Assembly: GCA_964035545.1 (NCBI GenBank)
Contig: OZ037770.1
Coordinates: forward strand, 10,298,973-10,362,972
Reading direction: 5' to 3'
DNA: 64,000 bases
From: Bugula neritina
Taxonomy: Eukaryota > Animalia > Bryozoa
Made by a program: the position numbers and the translations under genes. Below, in pieces: positions 13,801 through 24,081 of the stretch. The notes under the pieces were generated by a model, which was not told the origin of the DNA, ran no database searches, and saw only the letters and a list, made by a program, of their open reading frames with translations. The first letter of the stretch is position 1. Every line of letters starts with the position of its first letter.

Positions 13801-15965
13801 AATAGAATGAAGATAGAAGCTCAGCTTAAGCGAAACAACCAGGCATGTAGAATTTTTTCAGTTATCATAGCAGTATAGTGACTATTTGAATTAGTAACAA
13901 TAAATACTTGTAGTAAAGAAAACTAGAAATTATTTTTGATGATATCTACTTGTAATATATTATACCAGGTAGATTTTTTTTAAAATTTATCATTTCATTT
14001 TATTTTTTGCTACATCAGTTGGTAGACCACACACGTTGATATAATGCTCTAGATGGTGAATCTGGCATATTGAGTTATGTTTAGTTGAAGCACTACTAAG
14101 TGTATTTTGTTTTTGTGTACTGTAGGTGGATCTGGTTGAAGGATTTGCAGAGATTAAAGACAGAATACAGAGACTGATATCTGTTGAAATACCTGAACTA
14201 GAGCTGTGTGATGTCATGTCCCTTAAGGTCAAAGGTTAGTATACTAAACTAGAGCTATGTGGTGTCATGTCCCTAAAGGTCAAAGGTTAGTATACTAAAC
14301 TAGACCTGTGTGATGTCATGTCTCTAAAGGTCAAAGGTTATACAACCAAGCAAGTTATGCATCTCCTATAAGTTGCACTTTTTGACAAGATTTTAATTCC
14401 TTATCTGTTGTATTGGTATTTCAATGCAGGTATAAGATAGATACAAGTCCAGTGAACACAGACCAGAATATAGTCACCTTAGCTATTATAGTAAATTATG
14501 GAAATAGCTGGGAGGAAGCAATACATTAAATATGTATATAATAAGAAGAATAGTTCCTACAGTCTCCCTTACTAACTTTCACTCAACTTGTACTTTGTAG
14601 AGGAGAAGAGAGAAATAGAGGCAGAACTGGTTCCTGCAGCAGACATGATTATTAGTTTAGATCAAGGAGTGACAACTCCTACTCTTCCTAAATCTCTCAA
14701 ACTCATACAGTCTGTTGATGTTTCTGATTACTGTTGGTTTGTCTGTAAATATGAGAGTAACACTTATGTAGGGCTGGGTAATGGTGCAGGGATAGACAGA
14801 ATAGATGAGAGTTTCAGTGTTTCCAAGTCTTTTATTTCTCTTACCAACTTTGTAGTTGGAGTCACAGTACATAGGAATAAGCTGTATGCTCTAGAGCTTA
14901 TCAGCAGCACTAATTGGGAGGTACATGTGTATGATCTTACTGGGAAACAGGTGACCACCTGGTCTCATCATGATAGTAGTGGGTATGTAAACAAGCTTGC
15001 TATTGTTGATGATCAGGTTGTAGTTCCTGATAGACGCAATAAGAGGCTTACAATCTACTCTCTTACTGGGGAGGTAATTAAACATGTCCCCTGCCCTCTA
15101 CTCAGTAATAGTCGTACAGCAATATGTGTAGCAGACAGACATTGTGTAGTAGTTTCTAACTCTGGTTCCTCTCAAGTATTTAAATTAGACTTGACAACAG
15201 AGAAAGTCATCTGGACATGCAAGGATGTATCTCAACCACAAGGTGTGACCCGCTATAGAAGTAAATATATTCTTGTGACTAACTGCAGCAGTAAAACCAC
15301 CATCTGGATACTGGATGTGGAGACAGGTTGGTGATTGAAGTATTATAGTCTATGTGTACAAAATGTATTTATATTTGACATGTAAACTTTGTTTCATATA
15401 TAAACTACATGCTACTGTAGATACATTGTATAAAAATGCTTGATTATGCTGTATATATACACTACATATTACTATTTGATTATCTTGTATATATTATATA
15501 CACAAACCACAATCATTGGATGGGTGTGTTAGTAAGCCATTTCATCAAAGTAATAGCAGCTCTACTGTATATTATGATGTTTAAAACTATAATAATTTCT
15601 CTTAGCTACAGATACTTTCTAGTATGCTGTACAGTGTACACTGTTTACACTTGTGTAAAGTAAAGTATGTATTATTGAGTAATAGTTTTCTAAGTGACTA
15701 TTCAACAGTGCAGTTTAAAAGTTTATTCCCTAGTGTCATGGTATTAATTTCCCAGTATTACAAGTATATTGAATATAATTTTGTTAGCACATGACTAAAA
15801 TATATTGAAACAGTGACTTGTTATATTGTAGGTAGACAGTTATCTATGCTAGAAGATACAACTGTTAGGATTGATAGTAATGTACTTGATCTCCATGTGT
15901 ATAAAGACATGCTGATTGTACCCAGACGTGATGAGAAGAAAGTTGTATTCTACCAACTCAACTGA
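10851..15965 (+). CDS. TRIM-type E3 ligase with NHL-like propeller, array copy 2, ~604 aa
   Basis: Exons 10851-11002, 11137-11293, 11480-11663, 12689-12870, 13672-13842 (GC donor), 14126-14234, 14601-15326, 15832-15965; sum 1815 nt in frame; same exon phases as copy 1. Confidence 0.87.
14193..14342 (+). repeat. 51-bp exon-6 donor repeat, 3 units (copy 2)
   Basis: Same unit as in copy 1. Confidence 0.92.
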
Positions 15966-17655
15966 ACAGGTATTATGTATATAGTAGGAGTTATGTCCCT
16001 CCTATGAACATTTTGTAAGCAAATGTAGGTTCCTCTTCGGACTCCTTCGTTATGATATGTCAAGAAGGGACAACTTTAGCAAGGCGATTTGCAAATGTTG
16101 GAAAAAGCTCGTAAAAAGATAACATAGACTAAAACTATTTCTGATCCAATAGATACCGTTAATTCATATACTGTAACATCAAACAGCAAAAAGAATTCCA
16201 TCTTCACTCTGCTTAAATTTCTGTCCAATTCAACTTATTACTTGTTAGGGAAGCTTATCCTGACAAACTAACAAAAGTTATTTGGCCAATAGGAATTCTA
16301 CCTTTCTAATTTTGTGGTTTGCCTTTTGCAGCTGTATATAAGTAAAGTTAATTTTTTGCAGTAGCCAATAGTCGCGATAAAGTAATATACTGTTTATAAA
16401 AAAATTTATTAAATATTTAAAGTTGCTTTTCCTAATACCAAATTATTTATTACAGGAAAATAGACTGATGTGGAACAGGAAGTAGTTTCTGCAGCAGACA
16501 CATCTAGTTATTTGGTTTAGAAAGTGATAAGTGAAAAGGCAGCTGATTGGTCCATTCATCTGACTTAGTAACACTCTATGGTTACATTACCATGTCATTC
16601 ATATGATACTTATTGTAACATTATTTTATATTATCTGTCATACAGGACTGAGAACTAAGTAGTAGCAGTTATTGTATATTATCTTTCTTATAGGAGTGAA
16701 AACTCTGTAGTACTTGCTTTCTATTACTATTATCATGAGTCATATTGTATTAATATTATCCACATACTAGTTACATTACATAATTTATGCTCTTCAAAAT
16801 TTACATATTTGGCTTAGAGCTTCTGTGCTTCTGAAATATATTTTTGTAAAAGATGTGCTGAAGTGAAGGTTCATTCATACTGCAAACTAAAGTAGAAGCT
16901 TTCATAGTGTAGAGTATTAGAGATGTTATATTCTTAGTTCTGACTTGATAGAAGTCAGTCTCTGTATCACCTTACTGCACTGTCTTTATTTTACTCATTG
17001 GTGCACCTTGCATATGTCAACTGAATATTAAATATATTCAACAGTTCAACAAAGCTAGTAGACCAAATAAATCCTTTACACTGTACCACAGTTATGATGT
17101 AGTATTTTATATCTACAGGGCAACAAGGCATATTTTGATGGTAGTGCTTACAACTTACTCTTTGCGTAGTAACATAAGTAACAGTAGAACCATAGATTTC
17201 AACTAACACTGATTTCCTGTACAATCATATATAGAAAGCATTAGCCAATAGGAATCACTACATTCTGACTGACAAGGGGCGTGGTTACAAGAAACAATCA
17301 TTCAAGTTGGCATAAATTATTCAAATATTACTATTTAATAATGAATAAATACACTATGAAGTAGAACCTAAAGTACAGTATTATACAGAATCATTAAAAC
17401 ATGATGAGTAGAATTATAAGTTACTGACTTTACTGGAAAATATACACAATAGTTGAGTATGTGAATTACTGGTTGTATAATAGTGAAGCAGCTATATATA
17501 CATTATAAGAAATTATAAAATATTTACTGTATAAATATAATGTCATATGTATTCATTATGTAACACATGTGTTTAATGTATAATAAATGCATAAATTAGA
17601 AAGACATTAAAATATAAAACAATATGAAATACAGTTTAGAAGTCAGTGGACAGTG

Positions 17656-17907
17656 CTATGTAACACAGAGTAAGCCTTTGAGCTCTAGAAGAGCAGAGTG
17701 AACAGATTCAGTGAACTTTGACATCTCCGTTCTGTGGTGATTTGTAGACTGAGTGACTGAAGCTATGCTGGAGAATTCAGACAAGTAATGATGAAGAATG
17801 TCAAAGTGTGGTTCAGTCTTATGTTTCTCCAGAATGTAACTCTGCATCTCATTGTACTTAGCCTGTGATACAACATTATAACTCAGTGTAGATGTGTGGA
17901 GCATAGT
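17656..17907 (-). pseudogene. Orphan terminal exon of an unidentified minus-strand gene co-duplicated with the TRIM unit
   Basis: 82-codon helical-looking ORF preceded on the minus strand by AATAAATAG acceptor; near-identical copy at 61384-61635, frameshifted copy at ~36514-36764, truncated copy at ~47575-47610. Confidence 0.5.
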
Positions 17908-19059
17908 CTATTTATTAATACAAGATGGTATGGAAAGTATCTCTATAAACAGCTCCGAGTTGTCAGTGACTGAGTGCAGTGGGGTTCTCGAGTTCGAAGT
18001 TCAAAGTAGAACTTTGGAGCCCAAACTACTGCACTCAGTCACCCCTTACTCAGGAATGCTTATAGCCGATATCGTAGAAAATATTGTACTGCAGTCAACA
18101 GAAATCTGTGAAAAGTCTTTATAGAGCTATGCACATGACTGATTGCAGCATGGGGGGAGGTTTCAACTTTGGAATAAAGTACTGCAACCCCAAACTCCCT
18201 GCTGCTTATAGATAATTTTGTAGAAAAACTTGTACAGCAAAAATATACATATAGACATTAAAGCTATGTACACGAAAAGTGTGTAGAAAAACATACTTAC
18301 TGGATATAGAACTATGAGGCAGTAGAGAGAGAGAAATTTTATTGTTATGAGGTCATGGTCAAATGCCTCAAACAGCATTATGTGTAAAGTTGCCAGTAAA
18401 CAAACAAAAAACGTTGGCTTACAAACATGTTGGAGAATCGTGTGTTGGTTGTAGTAGTTACAGTGGAGTTGTACAATTTCAGCTTGTCTTATGATGGCAT
18501 TGGATAAAGAAATCTGTTAGCAAGTTTATTATGACGGATGAAATTAACTAAACCACCCATTTTTAGCAGTAAAATATTTACAAACAAGTTTAGAGAATGC
18601 AGTTTACAGCTTTTTTCTAGATGTTGCATTACATAGAGTTGAGTTTACCAAGTGGCACCTGTATGCCATGGGTAGTTCGCTTGCTAGCAAGCCGGAGATA
18701 TTAAATGGTTTGAATCCTAGTTGGGGCTAAACTATTGTTGTAGATTTGTACACTACTAGATTGGGTGTTAATGTGTGCAAGTCTATTGTGACTGATGAAA
18801 TTAACTAAACAAACTATTTTCAAAAAAATTTAGAGAATGCAGTTTACAGTTTTTTTTTTCAAGATGTTGCATTATATAGAGGTGAGTTTACCCAGTGGTA
18901 CCTGTGGGGCAAAATTATTTTACAAGCTATTTCGGCTATTGCATCAGTTAAGCTTTCAGACATTGCAAACAGATTGCATATAGTTGTAATTTAAAATTTA
19001 CCAACCAAGCTTGATAGAACTTAGGAATTGGCTGTTTTTAAATAGTGCAGAACAGGCAG

Positions 19060-19229
19060 CTAGAGCCACGAAATGTAGCTTTACGAAGGAAGACAACCCC
19101 GTGATTTCGCCAACAAGTGAGAAAGGTTTAAATAGGAGTCGCACGCGTTCAATAACATCCGTATCAATATTATTGTTGTCGTGGTGATGGCTGGAGATTT
19201 CACAGACGCCATTACTAACTTCAGTAAGC
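19060..19229 (+). promoter_or_regulatory. Putative promoter and non-coding first exon of copy 3
   Basis: CpG-containing block (AAGACAACCCCGTG...GAGTCGC...CCATTA...TCA|GT) repeated upstream of copies 4 and 5 and at 62.5 kb; ends in GTAAGC at 19224; ATG exons all have an AG acceptor just upstream. Confidence 0.45.
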
Positions 19230-19984
19230 TGCTGAATTGTTAAGATATTATTTGTCTCTAGAGTGATCAATAGCATAAAGGTGCCCAAATCACACGCTTT
19301 AGTTTATTTTTAGTTTAACAAAGTTAACTGTGAAGTTACTAGCAGCATTTCGACTTTGCAATTTAAATGTATTACTATTAGTATTAGCATTAGTATTAAT
19401 ATTAATATAATATTACAATTTTAATTTAGTATTTACATTTACATTCACTTTTACTTTTAGTTTTAAAATCGTGATCATTTGTTTTCAGTTTGATTGCTCA
19501 AATATTAATACTAATAATAGTGAAATACTATTAGTAAATACTGTTACTACTTGTATTGAAATTAATATTACTTTTATCATTAGTATTAGTATTACTATTA
19601 GTATTAGTATATTAGTATTATTATTGTTATAGTGTCCATAAAAAGAGGGGAAGATACGAGCCCCCATTGGCTATCTATGAGCCATTACATTATTATTATT
19701 AGTATTACTATAAGCATGCAAATACAAAATTGATTTTTATTTTTTAGGTATCAGTGTGACATTGCGATTGACTGTTGAGTTTGACTATCACTTTGACTTA
19801 TCAGTATGCCTCTCACTATCAATCAGCATGAGTATCACTAGTGAATATCAACATGAGTATTACTGTTAGTCTGAATATGACTATGCTTATCACTATTGTC
19901 TCTGAGTCTGAGTATTGGTATGAATATCACTATCAGACTCTGCATGACTATGAGTACTAGTTGACTAATACTTAATAGTAATGG

Positions 19985-20255
19985 TGTAGTGAGGACGTAA
20001 TACGCGCGTCCCCCGCATTCCTTCAGCCTATCCGAGTGCGTCACGTGATAGGCTTTAGTTAGTAGTAGTTTTGCAGTAGAGAGAGCGTGCTAACTAAGCG
20101 AAGATGTAATCTCTAATCTGTGTACGTGCTGTATCTTTTATATAATTAGTAGTAAATAAACTTGGAAGCTTTTACCTAAATACTTTATTGGTGTAGATAA
20201 ATAGACATAATTACAAGCTAGGAACCCACGCATAGTAGTTACATAAATTACTACA
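19985..20255 (+). repeat. 5' LTR
   Basis: Direct repeat of 27289-27559 with one mismatch seen (C20010 vs T27314); TATA-like TTTATATAA and AATAAA inside. Confidence 0.96.
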
Positions 20256-20256
20256 G

Positions 20257-20275
20257 TGGTGGCAGCGGTGGGATT
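20257..20275 (+). other. Primer-binding site complementary to tRNA-Leu 3' end
   Basis: TGGTGGCAGCGGTGGGATT one base after the 5' LTR; reverse complement AATCCCACCGCTGCCACCA is the 3' end of metazoan tRNA-Leu(AAG-type) plus CCA. Confidence 0.88.
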
Positions 20276-20316
20276 TCTAGCTACTGTATGAGAACAATGA
20301 GAAGTATTAGAACATC

Positions 20317-23300
20317 ATGGACGAGGGAGTAACTTCAATGGAAGGAGGTGAGCAGAACATTATTATAGGCCCTCTCGGAGCTGGAGAGGAGGTATATAGG
20401 AACATGTTGGAGGTTCCCGTGTTCACAGGCTGCGAGGATATTGAACAATTCGTTCAAGAATTCCGGGAAACTGCCGCCATTGCAAGATGGCCGCCAAGAG
20501 TAACCCTTACAAAACTGCGGATGGCACTGACGGGAGAAGCCAAGCCGTACGGGTGGAAGCCTAGCATAAACGGGATCATTGCTACACTACGGGCCTGTTT
20601 TGGCATGCCCGTTGCCGTCGCCAAGTCCAGACTGCGAGGATTACTCCGCAAGACATGTACACCGCTTTCTGACCACGCCACTCTGTTGCAGGGACTGGCA
20701 CGGACCGCGTATAGCGATCTGCCAGAAACCCACAGACGGCACTACACATTCGAAGCCTTTGTACAGTCTCTCAATTCTTTGGACTTCCACCACCAGTTAC
20801 AAGCCAAGGGAGTGACCACAATTGAGGCTGCAATCCAAGAGAACAAGGCCTACGCTGGAGCCGAACGACTCTATAAGACGGAGGAGGCCACGCCCCAGCC
20901 CTCTAGGGAACCAGACCATCCGGTCCGCATAGCTGCCGCGACCACTAAAACCCCCATAGAGACGGAGATAAGCCGCTTGATGACTAGACTGGGACAATTG
21001 GTGGCGACGATAACATACAACCACTCAAGGAAAAGTAAGAGGACGGCAGCAAAACCCCCCAGACCCATGATGCGACGCTGGGAAAGCGGCAATCAGGGAC
21101 ACCGCCACCTGAGCGGCCCACGATTCAAACGGCAGCAGAAACCACAACCTCCCCGGAGACCCCCAGAGCTCCGCGGACACACACAGAGAGAAAAACGGGG
21201 TGGGTGTCGCCAGGAGCCCGTACGGGCCCAGCGACACACCCCCCGTCAATGGCAAACACCTCGCCGTACCAGCCAACCAGGTCGACCACGAGACCCCTTC
21301 TCTCTGCCTCTCACCAACCGCTTCAGTCCGTTACCAGTAATGGAACAGACCAGCGAGGCCCCTCAGGGCATCGGGGAGGATCAGAACACCTCCCCGCAAG
21401 GAAACTCTCACCGGCCCCGCAAACCGCGGAACAAACGGGCACAGCCCCGTTCGGCCGAGACCGAGCACGCTGGGGGAATACGGGTACAACCTCACGGAGG
21501 CAGCTACTTCTTGCCAGGGAAGGTGGCCGGTAAAGCTGTCACCTTCCTGTTAGACTCCGGGTGTACCACTAATATCCTCAGCCGTCGGGTCTTCGACACC
21601 CTCCCTCTCAAGGAGAGGGGAGCCTTAGCTCCCTATACCGGGGAACCGGGCACCCTAGCTGACGGGTCACGGATTCCTTTCTACGGTATCATAGAATTGG
21701 CTGGGCGCGTCCGCAACCAAGCCATTCAGGAAACCTTCGTCATCAGCCCACTGGAGGAAGATGCCATACTAGGGATGCCGTTCTTGAAGAGACACGGGTG
21801 CCATATTGACTTTAGCAAGTCAGCCATGCTAATGGGCGGCAAAGAGCTCACCTGTGTCGACAAGTTCGGTCGTCCTCCAGCGGGAGGTGTGCAGGTAGTA
21901 CGCAACTGTACTATACCCGGCCGCTCCCGGGCTACCGTTCACTGCAGAGTGAACAATAGCCAACTCTCGGGGCTAGGGGTTGTCGAAGGTGCGCACTCTA
22001 GAATCCAACTCGCCAGCAGTCTTAACCGGCTGACTGACCGAGGAGAGATCTTGGTGCAGTGTGTCAACCCCTTCTCCGAAGCGGTACAATTACCGTCAGG
22101 ATCCATGCTGGGTCGCTTCCACTCCATCCAGGAGGAGGATGTAGGGCCGTCGCTGGGAGCTGCGACGGAAGGTCCCCAACAGAGCCCGTCAGTTAGGCGG
22201 GGGACCGTCCCATCACACGTCAAAGAGCTATACCAGGCAGCGTGTAACGGCTGCACGGGCAACGTGGAACGCCAGACTATGGCTCAGTTGCTACGTGATT
22301 ATAGCGACGTGTTCAGCAGTGGGGACCATGACGTCGGCCTGACCACGGCCGTCCGTCATGAGATACCGCTGGCTGCAGGGACTACCCCTATTCGGCAGCC
22401 CACCAGGAGGCTGGGACCCGAGAAGGAAAAGGAGGTAAGCCAACAAGTCCGGGATCTTTTGGACCGCGGCCTCATCGAGCCAGCGCATAGCGCGTGGAGT
22501 TCACCGGTCGTTCTGGTCCGAAAGAAAGACGGCAGTTGGCGGTTCTGTGTGGATTATCGCAAGCTCAATAGCGTGACCATACAGGACGCCTACCCCTTAC
22601 CCAGGATCGACGAATCTCTGGACGCCTTAGCCGGCAGCAAGTACTTCAGTACGCTAGACTTGTTGAGCGGCTATTGGCAGGTCCCCCTCAGCCCAGACGC
22701 CCAGGAGAAGGCGGCGTTCATCACGCGGGACGGCTTATGGAAGTGGAAAGTCCTCCCCTTCGGACTGACTTCCGCCCCCGCCACGTTCCAGCGGCTCATG
22801 GAACAGGTCCTCAGTGGACTCCACTGGAAGACACTGCTAGTATACTTCGACGACGTCATCGTGATCTCCCCAGACTTTCAGACACACGTCAGCCGTCTGC
22901 GGGAGGTCTTCGATCGACTCCGAGGCGCCAATCTGAAGCTCAAACCCTCCAAGTGCGCTCTCTTGCAGCCAGAGGTGAAGTACCTGGGGCACATCGTCGG
23001 CCGCCACGGCGTGGCGACGGATCCTGAAAAGGTACGAGCTATAGAAGATTGGGTAACCCCCCAGGATTTGACCGGGCTACGGGCTTTCCTGGGGCTGGTA
23101 GGGTATTACAGGCAATACATACCAGACTTTGCAGGGGTAGCGCAGCCGTTAAACTGGCTCACCGCAAAGGGGGTGACCTGGCAGTGGACTCCCGTCGAAC
23201 AGAGAGCGTTCGACTGCCTCAAAGGCCGCCTGCTGGAGGCCCCTATCCTGGCCTATCCAGACCCTGCCCTGGAGTACATCCTCGATACTGACGCCAGTGA

Positions 23301-24081
23301 CCAAAATGTCGGCGCTGTGCTGTCCCAGGTGCAGGAGGGCCGCGAAGTAGTCGTGGCCTACTACAGTAAGTCTCTCTCGGCCACTGAACGAAATTACTGC
23401 ACTACCCGAAAGGAATTGCTGGCAGTAATCAAGTGGGTGAAGCATTTCAGACCTTATCTATACGGCAGGAAGTTCTGCTTGCGGACCGACCACGCCTCCT
23501 TGATTTGGTTATGTAAGAGAGCAGAACCGTCCAGCCAAGTCGCCCGATGGCTCGAGGTCCTGGCCGAGTTCTCTTACCGGATCGAACACCGACCCGGTAA
23601 GAAACACGGCAATGCTGATGGACTGAGCCGGCGACCGGACGAGGGGTGTAAACAGTGCCTCAACATCGAGAAGAGAGACGGAGGTCCTCCAAAATCCGAG
23701 TTGAGAGCACTGAACCACTCTGAAACGGAGTATGACTGGGACCAGGGTCAACTCCTACAGAAGGCCTCTACGCCCCCGGAGGCTATCCAACGCCTCCGTG
23801 CCAATCCTGTCTTGGCTGATAACGTCAGAGAGCTACGAAGACTCCAGGAGGACCTCCCTGGAGTGGTAGCCGACGTATATCGTGCCAAAAAGGAGGGGCG
23901 ACGACCCAGTGAAGAACAACTGCGGCAGGGATGCACCGAGTTACGGTTGTACTGCCAACGTTGGGATTCCCTGCGGATCGGGCCAGATGGTCTGCTGACC
24001 ATCACAGTGGCTGCTCACAACCACCAATACGGCAGAAAAAGGGTGATCTGCCCAGCCGCCATACGCCGGGAGTTAGTATAG
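20317..24081 (+). CDS. gag-pol: Gypsy Gag-Pol polyprotein (Gag, aspartic protease, RT, RNase H), ends at a premature TAG
   Basis: Protease LLDSGC; RT WRFCVDYRKLN, LPFGL, YFDD; RNase H LDTDAS, NYCTTRKELLA, LRTDHASL, NADGLSR. Confidence 0.93.
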   Translation: MDEGVTSMEGGEQNIIIGPLGAGEEVYRNMLEVPVFTGCEDIEQFVQEFRETAAIARWPPRVTLTKLRMALTGEAKPYGWKPSINGIIATLRACFGMPVAVAKSRLRGLLRKTCTPLSDHATLLQGLARTAYSDLPETHRRHYTFEAFVQSLNSLDFHHQLQAKGVTTIEAAIQENKAYAGAERLYKTEEATPQPSREPDHPVRIAAATTKTPIETEISRLMTRLGQLVATITYNHSRKSKRTAAKPPRPMMRRWESGNQGHRHLSGPRFKRQQKPQPPRRPPELRGHTQREKRGGCRQEPVRAQRHTPRQWQTPRRTSQPGRPRDPFSLPLTNRFSPLPVMEQTSEAPQGIGEDQNTSPQGNSHRPRKPRNKRAQPRSAETEHAGGIRVQPHGGSYFLPGKVAGKAVTFLLDSGCTTNILSRRVFDTLPLKERGALAPYTGEPGTLADGSRIPFYGIIELAGRVRNQAIQETFVISPLEEDAILGMPFLKRHGCHIDFSKSAMLMGGKELTCVDKFGRPPAGGVQVVRNCTIPGRSRATVHCRVNNSQLSGLGVVEGAHSRIQLASSLNRLTDRGEILVQCVNPFSEAVQLPSGSMLGRFHSIQEEDVGPSLGAATEGPQQSPSVRRGTVPSHVKELYQAACNGCTGNVERQTMAQLLRDYSDVFSSGDHDVGLTTAVRHEIPLAAGTTPIRQPTRRLGPEKEKEVSQQVRDLLDRGLIEPAHSAWSSPVVLVRKKDGSWRFCVDYRKLNSVTIQDAYPLPRIDESLDALAGSKYFSTLDLLSGYWQVPLSPDAQEKAAFITRDGLWKWKVLPFGLTSAPATFQRLMEQVLSGLHWKTLLVYFDDVIVISPDFQTHVSRLREVFDRLRGANLKLKPSKCALLQPEVKYLGHIVGRHGVATDPEKVRAIEDWVTPQDLTGLRAFLGLVGYYRQYIPDFAGVAQPLNWLTAKGVTWQWTPVEQRAFDCLKGRLLEAPILAYPDPALEYILDTDASDQNVGAVLSQVQEGREVVVAYYSKSLSATERNYCTTRKELLAVIKWVKHFRPYLYGRKFCLRTDHASLIWLCKRAEPSSQVARWLEVLAEFSYRIEHRPGKKHGNADGLSRRPDEGCKQCLNIEKRDGGPPKSELRALNHSETEYDWDQGQLLQKASTPPEAIQRLRANPVLADNVRELRRLQEDLPGVVADVYRAKKEGRRPSEEQLRQGCTELRLYCQRWDSLRIGPDGLLTITVAAHNHQYGRKRVICPAAIRRELV

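Noticed and set aside
24079-24081. Programmed stop read-through in pol
   Set aside because: Position within the integrase N-terminal region and a single G-to-A change from TGG fit a nonsense mutation; no typical read-through context is visible.
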